DNA from: Octopus vulgaris
Taxonomy: Eukaryota
Length of the DNA: 64,000 bases
Direction: 5' to 3'
Assembly: GCA_951406725.2 (NCBI GenBank)
Contig: OX597836.1
Coordinates: 10,416,001-10,480,000 of the forward strand
The notes below the pieces were generated by a model. The model was not told the DNA's origin. It saw only the letters and a list, made by a program, of their open reading frames with translations, and made no database searches. Below, one piece after another: positions 1 through 15,622 of this stretch. Position 1 is the stretch's first letter. The number at the start of each line of letters is the position of its first letter. Made by a program: the position numbers and the translations under genes.

Positions 1-69
<69 letters not shown>

Positions 70-756
70 AAAACACACATATACACACACACGCACATAT
101 ATAGTTGTCCAGCTTTTACTGAATCAGAATAATGCGGACATTCATATATTAAGTTATAATATTGTATTATTTATTTAATATTACAGTCTTATGACAGCCA
201 CTTTACATTGTTATCAAATGGTTTCATGCCGGTTATGGAACGGCAAATTTAGCAATCATCGGACACTTTCTCATTTAATCCCGCCCGAGGACCGATTGCA
301 GAATTCGCTTCTCCATTTATAGTATTATCCGCCCAGAAAAAAGGTAACGAGAGCTGCCTTTCCACAGTTGACAAATCTCACCCACATCTTAAAAGAAGAC
401 AAAATCAAAAACCAAAGTCAATAAAACAAAGCCTAGGGGCATAACAGCAGCGTTTGCTATTTGAAACAACAAACACCTTGATTGGTATAGCGCATGAAGC
501 ACTGAAAACATTCGTCTTGATGTAATGCGTCAAGTCAGTTTAAAGGTGGTCCGTGTTGTTGAAATATATTTATAAAGAACGGAGAATGGAAGGCTTTGAC
601 GTTCGTGCGTTAGCCGTAAGATTGATGATGTAGACAAGAGGCAAGGCACTCCCCTTCCCCTTCCCTTTTTTTTACATCGTTCTCTACACAGAACATGAAT
701 TCTAGATTAATTCTCCAGAAATATTTCTGAGAAAAGTAAATACAATAATAATAGTG

Positions 757-806
<50 letters not shown>

Positions 807-809
807 GAA

Positions 810-874
<65 letters not shown>

Positions 875-922
875 CATTATTACTATTATTGTTGTTGTTG
901 TTTTTATTATTATTATTATTAT

Positions 923-981
<59 letters not shown>

Positions 982-1000
982 ATAGTAGTAGTAGTAGTAG

Positions 1001-1050
<50 letters not shown>

Positions 1051-1065
1051 TTGCTGCTGCTGCTG

Positions 1066-1111
<46 letters not shown>

Positions 1112-1327
1112 AACAACAACAAACACTACTATAAAAATAATGATGATGATGTTGTTCTTGATGATGATGATGATGATGACGATGATGGTTGTGGTGGTGG
1201 TAATGTTGATGATTTTTTATTTGCCACGACGGTTGGAAGGTGTGTGTGTGTGTGAGGGGGGACTTCGAATCAAAGACAGACATAAAGTGTGGGGATTTAC
1301 ATGGAATGAAATGATTTAAAAAGCATA

Positions 1328-1388
<61 letters not shown>

Positions 1389-1526
1389 GTAACAATAATC
1401 TGCTGAATAATAAACTTTTTGATGAGAAAACCAGTTTGAGAAGCCGGTTGAACGTTAAGATATGAATTGCGTAATACTGGAGAGAAATTAGCAAATTATC
1501 GTCTCATATACGATCGCTGCTTGCAC

Positions 1527-1597
<71 letters not shown>

Positions 1598-1832
1598 TTC
1601 TACTATAGGCCTGAAATTTGCGGGTGGGGGAGGAGACTAGTCGATTACATGGACCTCAGTGTTTTACTGGTACTTAATTTAACGGCCCCCGAAAGGATGA
1701 AAGGTAAAGTCAACCTCGGCGGGATTTGAACTCAGAGCGTAGCGACGAACGAAATACCACTAAGCATTTCGTTCAGCGGGCAAACGATTCCGCCAGCTCG
1801 CCGCCGCCATAATAATAATAATAATAATAATA

Positions 1833-1913
<81 letters not shown>

Positions 1914-1920
1914 TTAATAA

Positions 1921-2386
1921 TTCTGATCTTAACTAATTTGAAGTGTTATCACGTACATTGTTTTGTCTTGGTATAAAAGATGGGCTACAGCAAATATACT
2001 GCTCAATAGCACAGATTTGCTTGTCAGTTGTTTGACCTTAACCAGTTGAGCATGTCCCTAAGTGGCTGACGATATGTGCATCTCTGATCACGAGCAGAAG
2101 TAGTGGGGGAGCATCATAGCCATGTGTTGAGAGGGATTCTTTGGGGTTTGGATAATTCATCTTTGGAAACATGGGTGGTTCGTTCAACATCCTTAAACAA
2201 ACCTTATTCAGGGACCTTTTGAACGAGATGGACTACTTGACCTGAAGAAAATTCTACCTGTGCCCCATCCCCTAACGGTCATGCGCTGGTGTACCCTTAT
2301 CAGACGGGTAGTCATGATAGGTATACTGGACTTCGTATATTTGTACCCCCAGTGTCACTTTGATGGCATGCACTGCTCTCTTACTC
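1921..2386 (+). mobile_element. (TAA)n-embedded interspersed repeat, copy 1
   Basis: Homologous to 24699-25229 with an internal deletion. (AAT)n flanks both sides. Confidence 0.8.
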
Positions 2387-2438
<52 letters not shown>

Positions 2439-2474
2439 GTGATGATGATGAACATGATGATGATGATGATGATG

Positions 2475-2544
<70 letters not shown>

Positions 2545-3110
2545 TAATAATAATGGCTTTCCATGTCGCTAAACGAGAACTCGTTTCTTATGTCACTGTA
2601 AACACAGGTTTTGTTATGCAACGGAATCCTAGCGAACAGGTGTTCTGACTTAAGTTGGTTGCGTGGGAGATTAGCAGCAAAAAATGTCTTTCATTTCTTA
2701 CAATTGGTAGAAGAGCTTCCTTAAGTTTGTAGAAGGAGGTGGTGCATTGTACAGGCAATTGAATCAACATGAAATTTTATGTTCCTGGTTTTGTTCTGGT
2801 AGCAAGCGCATAGTTTTCCACCCGTTTGTGAAGTATCTTTTGAGAGAGAATCGTTGTGATTTTTTTCAACGTGGGAAAAAGAATTCATTTGACAAAAGTT
2901 ATGGCCATTTTTATATTCCTTAATCTTTCTGCCGTCTCATCTGTTACTGACGCTGTTCTTCAACGAACCTGGCAATGAAGAGAAGTAAAGTTCATATGTC
3001 TTAATATAAATTTGTGTACAGTTCTATTTATAAGAGATGTGGAATTTACATTATTTACATTCGACGGAAAAGTGAGAGAGAGGCGGGATAGAAAATGAAA
3101 GAGAGATACG

Positions 3111-3151
<41 letters not shown>

Positions 3152-3350
3152 AAAATAAGAGATGAAGGATGAGTACACATAGTAGACTTGGTGGCAGGCA
3201 ATGAGTAGAACTCTACACAGAAAGAAAAAGAATCATAGACAAAGAAGCAGACGAGAGATTGGCGGAGTTCAAATTTTGCAGAAAAAGGTTTTATCATTGG
3301 AAAAGGACTGCAATTATATTAATAAAATTTAGAAAAATGCTAAAAACATA

Positions 3351-3744
3351 TACTCTTTTACTTGTTTCAGTCATTTGACTGCGGCCATGCTGGAGCACCG
3401 CCTTTAGTCGAGCAAATCGACCCCGGGACTTATTCTTTGTAAGCCCAGTACTTATCCTATCGGTCTCTTTTGCCGAACCGCTAAGTGACGGGGACGTAAA
3501 CACACCAGCATCGGTTGTCGAGCAATGCTAGGGGGACAAACACAGACACACAAACATACACACACATACATATATATACATATATACGACAGGCTTCTTT
3601 CAGTTTCCGTCTACCAAATCCACTCACAAGGCATTGGTCGGCCCGAGGCTATAGCAGAAGACACTTGCCCAAGATGCCACGCAGTGGGACTGAACCCGGA
3701 ACCATGTGGTTGGTAAACAAGCTACTTACCACACAGCCACTCCT
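3351..3744 (-). mobile_element. SINE family A (tRNA head, CORE-like body, internal microsatellite)
   Basis: A-box TGGCTGTGTGG, B-box GGTTCAGTCCC, CTTGGGCAAGTGTCTTC body and CCAGCATGGCCGCAG tail. Confidence 0.9.
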
Positions 3745-4226
3745 AAAATTTTTTTAAATACTAAAAACATATATTTATTGTAAATATGCAAATGAGAGAA
3801 TTGTCTTATCTAATTTAATTAAAAATTAGTCTTCATTTCCTCGTTTTGTATACGTAGCAAGAAATTCAATAAAAATCAAATGTAATTAAGTTTGCTTTCC
3901 AACCTCATGGTTCCGGGTTCGGTCCCACTGCGCATGTATGTCGGGTGACATAAAATTTACTCATATTTATTTCACAGTTTTAATTTGTCTGTCTACTGAG
4001 ATCAATTGTTATCCACTTAAAGTGCTCCACCACTTCTCGGCAACAACACCGCACAAACAATGTCCGCGCAAAAGTAATCTCGAAACTCACCCGAGAATTA
4101 TTACTTGGAAGATGGCAGGAACGGGAACAATGTCTTTTAGAAGATGCTGAGTCTCATATTCTGACGAGACGGTTCTCCAAAGAACTCGGGTATATACATA
4201 CATACATACATACATACATACATACA

Positions 4227-4262
<36 letters not shown>

Positions 4263-4327
4263 TATACTCAGTCTTTATATTCTGTAAATTCTGTATGTAT
4301 ACATAACATATATATATATGTATATGT

Positions 4328-4397
<70 letters not shown>

Positions 4398-4523
4398 CAC
4401 ATACATACGTATATATATATATATACATATATACATATACATATACATATATATACACACATACATATATATATATACATATACATATACACATACATAT
4501 ATATATATATACATATACATATA

Positions 4524-4578
<55 letters not shown>

Positions 4579-4865
4579 ACACACGCATATACATACGTGC
4601 TGGGAAAGAAAGAAAGAGTGAGAGGGGAGAGGGAGGGAGATAGAAAAGTTGAAAGGATGTTCTTTTTGAAGTTGATTGAAATTCCACCATCTTGTTCCAA
4701 CCACAATCAGTGTGAAACCTTAAAATCTCATCAAGATGGCAGACAGACATCGCCACAAATACACAAGATCACCGCCTACATACGCATACATACATACATA
4801 TATATATACATACGTACGTACATACATACATACATACAAACATACATACATACATACATAGATAC

Positions 4866-4918
<53 letters not shown>

Positions 4919-5113
4919 TATATATATATGCATGTGTGTACAAACATGTATGTATATATATATATATATGTATAAATGTATGCATATATGTATGTGTTTA
5001 TATGTGTATAAAATGTGTATGTATGTGTGTATGGGAGTGTCCATAGATTAATGGATGGATGTGTATGTGTGTGGTTGTACATATGTATGTTCGCCTGTTG
5101 TTTTATATGTGTT

Positions 5114-5155
<42 letters not shown>

Positions 5156-5202
5156 TACACGCATACCTCTATAGTCACACACAACCAAATAGACATAAAG
5201 AT

Positions 5203-5233
<31 letters not shown>

Positions 5234-5547
5234 AAGACATACATATACACATAGACATATACGCATGCGCCTACAAAAGCACACAACACATGAACATACT
5301 CTCTATCTTTAGTCTTTTAGTTGTTCCAGCCATTAGAGTGTGGCCATGCTGGGGCACCATTTTGAATTTCTTAATTGAATGAATCGACACCATTACCTAT
5401 TTATAAAGCCTGGTTCTTATTCTATCGGGTTTTTTTTACCGAACCGCTATGTTACAGGAACGCAAACACACCAACATCGGTTGTCAAGCGATGGTGGGGT
5501 AACAAACACAGACACACAAATATATACATATATACATACATACATAT

Positions 5548-5615
<68 letters not shown>

Positions 5616-5845
5616 TGTTGCTACACATCGCTGGTCACAATGCGCTTCCCATTGTTTTAGCCTTCAAATGGCCAACAGAAGAAAGAGTGAGAGAAAGTTG
5701 TGGCGAAAGAGTACAGCAGGGATTGCCCCCCCCCCTGGTGGAGCCTCGTGGAGCTTTTTTAGGTGTTTTCGCTCAATAAACACTCACAACGCCTGGTCTG
5801 GGAATCGAAACCGCGATCCTACGACCACTGGGCCATTGCGCCTCC

Positions 5846-5919
<74 letters not shown>

Positions 5920-6316
5920 CATATATATATATACATACATATAGATAGATGTATAGATAGATAAATAAGCCGACAGATACATAGAAATGATGTACACACA
6001 CATGGACGTGGTTGTTTATGTCTATATATACTTGTCTTATAGAAACGTGTGTGTGTGTGTTTACAGTCGCACACACACAAACAAAACAACCCTGGGTGTA
6101 TTTTGCTTTTGATGTGTTATAAATAGAAAAAGTGAATCCACCCCGGCCTCATCTCTATGGAGCATTACATTCGCCCCAGAATATTGTTTCCAGTTCTCCA
6201 CTTCAGTTAATACTCATCTGCGCCTGCGCATAACAGGCTTAGAAGGGCACCCCTCACGGCTCTATGCTGTGTATACTTTCAACGTGCCACCATTCAAGAC
6301 TTCATTTTGTTGTTGC

Positions 6317-6356
<40 letters not shown>

Positions 6357-6671
6357 CTTCTTCTTCTTCTTCTTCTTCTTCTTCTTCTTCTTCTTCTTCT
6401 TCTTCTTCTTCTTCTTCTTCTTCTTCTTCTTCTTCCTGCTTCGTCGTCGTCGTCATCATCATCATCATCATCAACAGCAGCAGCACCATAGTTGTCATCA
6501 TCGTGCCTTGTTCCTCCTCCTCCTCCTCCTCCTCCGCCTCCTCCTCCTGTTGTTGTTGCTGTTCTTCTTCTTCTTCTTCTTCTTCTTCTTCTTCTTCTTC
6601 TTCTTCTTCTTCTTCTTCTTCTTCTTCTTCTTCTTCTTCTTCTTCTTCTTCTTCTTCTTCTTCTTCTTCAT

Positions 6672-6712
<41 letters not shown>

Positions 6713-6854
6713 GCAGCAATAGTAGCAGCATTACCACCATAGTTGTCATTATCGTGCCTGGTTCCTCCTCATCCTTCTCCTCCCCTCCTCCTCTTTTTGT
6801 TATTGTTGTCGTTATTGCTGTTGTTGTTGTTGTTGTTGTTTGGGTGTGCAATAT

Positions 6855-7180
6855 GTTCTTTCTGCCAGATTGCATCTTTGTCCAAACTCAGAAACCCGGA
6901 ACTAGTTTGTACAACTCCATCGGTTGGAATACCTCCTCAGGATTACGTTCTTCTGTAGGCCACACACGCACTAGTTGTGTTCCCAATCTCGGGGTTTGTA
7001 TTTATGTTCATCTGTGCAAATCAGAATGCAGAAATCAATAGATAATAAAATCAATAGCCATCGACTTCCATACTACGAAACATGCTATCATGTCTCTCTT
7101 TCATCTTGTGGTGTCTATCGCAGCTAGATTCACCTCCGCCGCTCTCGGATCTGGAAGATTCGTATCACATCCATTTAAAT
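6855..7180 (+). mobile_element. Possible decayed APE endonuclease fragment of a LINE
   Basis: PDCIFVQT, GVCIYVH and GVYRS occur in the expected order across frames. Confidence 0.3.
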
Positions 7181-7195
7181 CCGCTTGAATTACTC

Positions 7196-7418
<223 letters not shown>

Positions 7419-8165
7419 CTTTCTCGCTAGTTATGCTCTCACCATCCATTCTCTCTATCTAGATATCCATCCGTCTATCCACCTATTCATCTACCTGTCT
7501 CTCAGATCGTTTCTCTCTGTCTCTCTCTCTCTCTATATATATATATATAGAGAGAGAGGGGGGGGGGGGGCAAACAAGGACAGACAAACGGATTAAGACG
7601 ATTACATCGACCCCAGTGCGATGTACTTAATTTATCTTAACTGGTATTTAATTTATCGACCCCGAAAGGATGAAAGGCAAAGTCGACATCGGCGGAATTT
7701 GAACTCAGAACGTAACGGCGGACGAAATACCACAAAGCATTTCGCCCAGCGGGCTAGCGATTCTTATTTCTTATTGCTCACAAGGGGCTAAACATAGAGG
7801 GGATAAACGTATTAAGTCGATTACATCGACTCCAGTGCGTAACTGGTACTTATTTAATCGACCCCGAAAGGATGAAAGGCAAAGTCGATCTCAGCGGAAT
7901 TTGAACTCAGAACGCAGCGGCAGACGAAATACCGCAAAGCATTTCGCCCGGCGTGCTAATGTTTCTGCCATCTCCCCGCCTTAGGAATTCCACTCATAAT
8001 AAACAACTGCATACCTGCTTGTGCCCAACCCTGTACATGTGTACATGTATATTTTCTTCGTCTTTGCTTTTGCAGTAAATTGCTCGCTATTGCATTAGCA
8101 GCGATCATAGAAGTAATTAAAGTTTTAAATTCCATTGTTGTGTTATGATTATGGTTTCGTAGGAG

Positions 8166-8219
<54 letters not shown>

Positions 8220-8846
8220 GGGGGGAGAGATGGACATTGGTTAGAGTTTCTTGAGAACTATTAAGCTTTTGTTTCTTTGATTGATTTCACACGCCATTCT
8301 CACAAACCGAACATGAGCATGTATTTATAAAACAACAGATGGTTTTACTATATATATATATATTACTGTAGGAGTTGAGGGAAAAGGAGAAGAGGAAAGA
8401 GAGAGGGAGGAAGGGAGGAAATGCGTGGTGTGGAATGGAGGAGGAATTTAGCGATATACAATCAACAACAGCAACAGCAACAACAACTAAATAAAAAAGG
8501 AGTGAAGGATAATCGGTTTCGTAGCTAGACCTGTTAGAAATAGCAAGCAAATTTCCTTTGAAAATCATACTCTCTTAATTAGAGAAAGAGAGTAAGGATA
8601 AGAAAGAGGAAGAGAGTAAGGATAAGAAAGAAGGAGATGAATGGATGGTGCGGAGTAGAGGAGGCATTTAACACTGTATGAATAACAAAAACAATGAAGT
8701 ATAAAGGGCTGAGAGATCCTGGACTTGGCAGCTCAACCTGCTAGAAATAGCAAGGAAATTTTCCTAACCAGTCATAGCTTGACTTTCTTAGTTAAAGAAC
8801 GATAATACTGGATTATATACTATAATGGTTGCTTAAAAGTGAAATA

Positions 8847-9011
8847 GGCGCAGGAGTGGCTGTGTGGTAAGTAGCTTGCTTACCAACCACTTGGTTCCGG
8901 GTTCAGTCCCACTGCGTGACACCTTGGGTAAGTGCCTTCTACTATAGCCTCGGGCCGACCAAAGCCTTGCCAGTGGATTTGGTAGACGGAAACTGAAAGA
9001 ATCCCGTCGTA

Positions 9012-9060
<49 letters not shown>

Positions 9061-9294
9061 TTGTGTGTGCGTGTATGTTTGTGTGTCTGTGTTTGTCCCC
9101 CCCCCCCCAACAACTGGTGCTGGTGTGTTTACGTCTCCGTAACTTAGCGGTTCGGCAAAAGAGACCGATAGAATAAGTACTAGGGTTACAAAAAATAAGT
9201 CGTGGGGTCGATTTGCTCGACTAACGGTGGTGCTCCAGCATGACCGCAGTCAAATGACTGAAACAAGTAAGAGAGTAAAAGAGAGTAAAAGAGT
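8847..9294 (+). mobile_element. SINE family A, full length
   Basis: Same head, body and tail, ending in (GTAAAAGA)n. Confidence 0.9.
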
Positions 9295-9662
9295 AGCATT
9301 AGATATGATACGTAGTTGACTGTCTTAATTAAATATGATTCGAAGATGGCTGTTCTAATTAAATACTGCCTCGATTGCGTATACCGGATTTTTATTCAAC
9401 CGGGCGGTTGTTCGCAACATCAGTGAATGCTTTATTCATTGTTTCCTATAACGGAGACGATGGATTTTCGCCCGAGCGTGTTGCTGTCTGGGAGTACACG
9501 TCACTGAAAAAGCCTAAAACGGGCCAAAGGCATCTGGTGTTTTTGCTGACCGCTGCTGGGACAATTTTTCATCCCCCTTCAATATTTACGGTGCTTTTAA
9601 CACCGCAGTAATTGGCCTATCACACATTGTATATATAATAATAATTAATAGTTAATAACATA

Positions 9663-10063
9663 GACGCAGGAGTGGCTGTGTGGTAAGTAGCTTGCTAATC
9701 AACCACATGGTTCCGGGTTCAGTCCCACTGCGCGGCATCTTGGGCAAGTGTCTTCTGCTATAGCCCCGGGCCGACCAATGCCTTGTGAGTGGATTTGGTA
9801 AACGGAAACTGAAAGAAGCCTGTCGTATATATGTATATATATATGTGTGTGTGTTTGTGTGTCTGTGATTGTCCCCCTAGCATTGCTTGACAACCGATGC
9901 TGGTGTGTTTATGTCCCTGTCACTTAGCGGTTCGGCAAAAGAGACCGATAGAATAAGTACTGGGCTTACAAAGAATAAGTACCGGGGTCGATTTGCTCGA
10001 CTAAAGGCGGTGCTCCAGCATGGCCGCAGTCAAAATGACTGAAACAAGTAAAAGAGTAAAAGA
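9663..10063 (+). mobile_element. SINE family A, full length
   Basis: Same head, body and tail as the other family A copies. Confidence 0.9.
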
Positions 10064-11029
10064 ATAACATTGTGTAACACGATTTTTGTCCCTGGGTAGC
10101 AACTGTTGTTCCCTATTTGCTGACCCCTAGAAAGTATGAAAAATGGCTGATATTTCCTTTACTTTTGTTACATTTATTCAAAACCCAAAGAATTCCTGGT
10201 CATGATGCTCCTCCTCTACTCCTGCTCATCATCAGAAATTCACATACTGTCAGCCACTAAGGCACATGCTCGAAGTGGTTAAGGTCAAATAACTGACCAG
10301 CGAATCTGTGGTATGGAGCAGAGTATTTGCTATAACGATATTTCTGCTTCAGCAACTCAGAGCTGAATCTGTCTGAAATGGAATGGAAAATAGGTCAGTT
10401 TCAAGACATTGATGTCCAGGTGACAAAAGCAAAGTGTGAAGGGAATAGCAGTCATTTACTTTGATTTCTATAGAAAAATAGTAAAAAGCAGTTACTGACC
10501 AAAACAATAAATAAATGAATAAATAAAATTAAAATGGATGAGAACGAAAGAAGGGCATTGAAGGGAGCAAGATCCTTTCAATGGTTGTGGAGATGAGGTT
10601 TTCTTTGAGAATATGAAATGAAAGTGAAGTGAAGAAGATAATAAGGAGATCAACCTCAGTATTTGACTGGTGCAAAATGTTATCGACCCTGTTTGGGTAA
10701 AGGGCAAAGTAAACCTTGGAGGATTTTGAACTCAGATCGCCAAACGCCGAGACAAATTCCGCAAGGCCTGCTTCTGTTCCGCCCCCCCCCCCCCCCCACT
10801 CCCCGCCGCCGTCCCCCGATGTTCTAACCATTCCACCCGTTCATTGACATCTGATTAGTAGTAAAAACACAAACAAAACAATAGGCAACTGGTTTCAATA
10901 TTCTCTGTGGACGGATGGAGTTATTTTCTTTGAGAGAATCTGAGAAAGATTTTCCGTTTCATTCGAAGTGAGTTGAGGTTGGGTGGTGGTGGTGGTGGGG
11001 GATGAAACTAACTGATTGTTGTCGTAGTC

Positions 11030-11642
11030 GTTGTTGTTGTTCTTCTTTTTCCTCCTCCTCCTCCTCCTCCTCATCATCATCATTCTCATCCTCCTTCTCT
11101 GCCTCCTCCTCCTCCTCCCCCTCATCATCATCATCATCATACTCTTCTTCTTCTTCTTCTTCTTCTATTTCTCCCCCTCCTCCTCCTCTATCTTGCTTCT
11201 TCTTCTTCTTCTTCTTCTTCTTCTTCTTCTTCTTCTTCGTCTTCTTCTCCTCTTCCTCCCCTTCTTCTTCTTCTTCTTCTTCTATTTCTCCTCCTCCTCC
11301 TCTCCCTCCTCTATCTTGCTTCTTCTTCTTCTCCTCTTCCTCCCCTTCTTCTTCTTCTTCTTCTTCTTCTTCTTCTTCTCTTCTTCTTCTTCTTCTTCTT
11401 CTTCTTCTATTTCTCCTCCTCCTCCTCTCCCTCCTCTATCTTGCTTCTTCTTCTTCTCCTCTTCCTCCCCTTCTTCTTCTTCTTCTTCTTCTTCTTTTTC
11501 TTCTTCTTCTTCTTCTTCTTCTTCTTCTATTTCTCCTCCTCCTCCTCTCCCTCCTCTATCTTGCTTCTTCTTCTTCTTCTTCTTCTTCTTCTTCTTCTTC
11601 TTCTTCTTCTTCTTCTTCTTCTCCTCCTCCTCCTCTTCCTCC
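11030..11642. repeat. Polypyrimidine (TCT/CCT)n tract with a ~120-bp higher-order repeat
   Basis: TCTATTTCTCC...CCTCTATCTTGC recurs near 11164, 11281, 11406 and 11526. Confidence 0.9.
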
Positions 11643-12275
11643 ATCTTATCGGGACCGACTAAATGAAAATTCGTGGGTGGGGATGGAGGTGGCGGTGGAG
11701 GCAACGGGGTTAATTATTAAATCATTAATCGGGGTGATCTATCCACTACCATACAACTAACCCAAACGCCTTAAACAAACCCCAATCTCTCTCGAAGCTA
11801 ATCGCTTACAACCGTAAACAAAACAAAATTAAAACAAAACAAAACCAAAGAAAAACAAAAAAATAAGCGAAAAATAAAATAACCCCAAAACCGAAAGTTC
11901 TGATGTTGTGGTGAAGGTGACCTGCGTCGGGTGACCTTTACGCAGAATCCCACAACTACCCAAAATATGATGAAGAAACAAAATAAAAAAATAAATAAAA
12001 TAAAATAAAAAAAGTAAAATAAAATAAATAAAATAAAATAAAATAAAATAAAATAGAAAATAAAATAAATTAGAATAATAACGCCCAACGTGTCCCCCCC
12101 ACCACCACCACCACCTCGAAGCACCTGCCCACCTGCCCACCCGTCCACCAATCCACCCGGAGAACATTTGTTAACATTTTGGAAGAAAGAAATTCGACCC
12201 ATGTCATAATTGCTCCCAAGTAATACTGATCGGTGTCTTACCAACGAACGTTTGCTGTCGAGGCTATTGTTGTTG

Positions 12276-12307
<32 letters not shown>

Positions 12308-12550
12308 GGTGATGGTATTTTTGTTGTTGTTGTTGTTGGTGATGGTACTGACGGGGATGTTTTTGTTGTTATTGTTGTTGTTGTTGGTGGTGATGCTATT
12401 TTTGTTGTTGTTGTTGTTGGTGGTAGTGGTGGTGGCGATTTGTTGTTGTTGGTGGTTGTTGTTGTTGTTGTTGGTATTAAATGACGGTGGTGGTGGTGGT
12501 GTTGTTGGTGGTGATTGTGTTGGCGGTCTACTGCTACTGTAACTACTGTA

Positions 12551-12594
<44 letters not shown>

Positions 12595-12739
12595 CACCAC
12601 CACCACCACCACTACTACTACTGCTGCTGCTGCTGCTACTACTACTACTACTACTACAATCACGGCCACTAAGACCACCACAACTACTACTACTATTACT
12701 ACTATTGCCACCAACATTACTACCGCCACTACCACCACC

Positions 12740-12789
<50 letters not shown>

Positions 12790-13574
12790 CACCACTACCG
12801 CCACTACCACCACACCACCACCACCACTACTACTACTACTACTACCACCACCACCACCACCACCACCACCGCCGCCGCCGCCGCCGCCACCTCCGGGTGT
12901 GAGAATTGAATAGCGTCGACGACTGAGACACGATTCGAGACATGTAAACATGCACGGGTCCTATTGACAGAAAGGGTGTGTCGTTCCTTAAGAAGAATAA
13001 CAAGAACTTGGGTGCAGGGGTGAGGTGGTGGTGGTGGGGAAAGGCTCTTTGTGATTAGGTAACAACAACAACAACAACAACAACTAAGAAACAAAACACA
13101 CACACAAAAATACGAAAAATAAATATATGAAAAAGAAAGTTATTTGCCGGGTTTTACAATGTGTAAGGAAATGGATATTGGTTAAAAAAAGAAGCAAAGA
13201 AAAAATAGGATTAAAAAAAAAATTAAAGGTGCCAAAAAATGAAAATAGAAATAAAATAAAAAGGTTTTTGTAAAATAGAAAATAAAAATAAAAGTAAAAT
13301 TTTTTTTTAAAATTCTGCTTATTCACAAATGAAGGTAGCTTTGTTTTATTTTTTTGTTTTATTTTATTATTTTGGTCACGACAGACTTGATTCTAACTTT
13401 GAAGATTGATAAAATAAAACACACAAACACAAATACACACACACGCACAACAACAATAACAACAAGCTTATCTGTTATTTATGTAAAGTCGGGTGGTGTA
13501 AGAATGTGACGAGCGTTGTTGATAGGAAATCTGAGAAGTTTAAAGATCAAAGTGAGAGAGAGAGAGAGACAGAT

Positions 13575-13717
<143 letters not shown>

Positions 13718-14117
13718 GGATATATAGAGATAGAGCTATGGGAACGATAATATTTAACAATAAAAAAGAAACAGAAAGTGTTGTCTTAAAGTCACAGTGG
13801 ATGGAGACAGTAAAACCGGTCACGTACAATGGTTTCTGCGCCTGTTCAAACATCTCGGATTCACAGAGGTGAGTTGTGAGTATACAGTTACAGCTATTAT
13901 TATGAAAGATAAGGCGGCGATCTGGCTAGATTGTTATCAAGACGGGCGAAGTGCTTAAGGCGGCGAGCTGGCAGTAACGTTAGCACGCCGGGCGAAATGC
14001 GTAGCCGTATTTCGTCTGTCGTTACGTTCTGAGTTCAAATTCCGCCGAGGTCGACTTTGCCTTTCATCCTTTCGGGCCAGTTTTAAAACCCCCGTCCCAT
14101 AGAAGTGAACAACTGAA

Positions 14118-14658
14118 GGCGTAGGAGTGGCTGTGTGGTAAGTAGCTTGCTTACCAACCACATGGTTCCGGGTTCAGTCCCACTGCGTGGCACCTTGGGC
14201 ATAGTGTCTTCTACTATAGCCTCTGGCCGACCAAAGCCTTGTGAGTGGATTTGGTAGACGGAAACTCAAAGAAGCCCGTCGTATATATGTATATATATAC
14301 ATGTGTCTGTGTATATGTTTGTGTGTCTGTGTTTGTCCCCCCCCCCCCAACATCGCTTGACAACCGATGCTGGTGTGTTTACGTCCCCGCAACTTAGCGG
14401 TTCGGCGAAAGTCACCGATAGAATAAGTACAAGGCATACAAAGAATAAGTCCCTGGGGTCGATAGAAGTGAACAACTGAAGGCGTAGGAGTGGCTGTGTG
14501 GTAAGTAGCTTGCTTACCAACCACATGGTTCTGGGTTCAGTCCTACTGCGTGGCACCTTGGGCATAGTGTCTTCTACTATAGCCTCGGGCCGATCAAAGC
14601 CTTTTGAGTGGATTTGGTAGACGGAAACTCAAAGAAGCACGTCGTATATATGTATATA

Positions 14659-14698
<40 letters not shown>

Positions 14699-14945
14699 CA
14701 CATCTATGTGTGTGTATATATTTGTGTGTATGTGTTTGTCCCCCCACCCACAACTTCGCTTGACAACCGATGCTGGTGTGTTGACGTCCCCGTAACTTAG
14801 CGGTTCGGCGAAAGACACCGATAGAATAAGTACTCGGCTTACAAAGAATAAGTCCCTGGGGATCGATTTGCTCAACTAAAGGCGGTGCTCCAGCATGCCG
14901 CAGTCAAATGCCTGAAACAAGTAAAGGAGTAAAAGAGTAAAAGAG
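14118..14945 (+). mobile_element. Two tandem SINE family A copies
   Basis: Heads at 14118 and 14481 are both preceded by ATAGAAGTGAACAACTGAA. Confidence 0.88.
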
Positions 14946-15432
14946 TGACTGTAGCCTCCCACCACCCCTTTTCGTTTTATGATTTATTTAATTTTTTGTT
15001 TTTTTTTTAGTTAGTGATACCGTTGTTCCTTTCGCGAGTCGGTATGAAAGTAATTAACAGGTTTGAACGGGGAGCATTGTTAGTATTTCATTGTTGAGGC
15101 TGTATGGAAGCGATTACATAAAACCTGCTCGGAGCAGCTAACGGCTTGTTGTGTTATGACAGATTTGACAAGACAATAAAATACTTCAAAGCAATCTCCT
15201 TGTTATGTGGCAGTTGAACAAATAAAACATCAGGCGATAATGAACCTATGTGAGGGCCACTACGTACGCATTCAATCTTCCAGAAATAGCAGCTAATTTT
15301 TTTCCCCAAAGGTACACTCTGTTGTTTTTTCTTGTTTTAAAAAGAATTCCTTAAATCCGTTTTGATAATGTAATAGGCGCAGGCATAACTGTGTGGTTAA
15401 GAAATTCGCTTTGCGGCCAGATGGTTCGGGTA

Positions 15433-15484
<52 letters not shown>

Positions 15485-15585
15485 TATGTGTGTGTATATG
15501 TATATGTATATGTGTATATATATATATGTGATTTGTCATATATATACACCGATATATATATAGTATATAGCTTGACATATACCGA

Positions 15586-15622
<37 letters not shown>

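Noticed and set aside
13738-13875. Possible short exon ending at AG|GTGAGT
   Set aside because: There is no polypyrimidine acceptor, recognisable peptide or partner exon.
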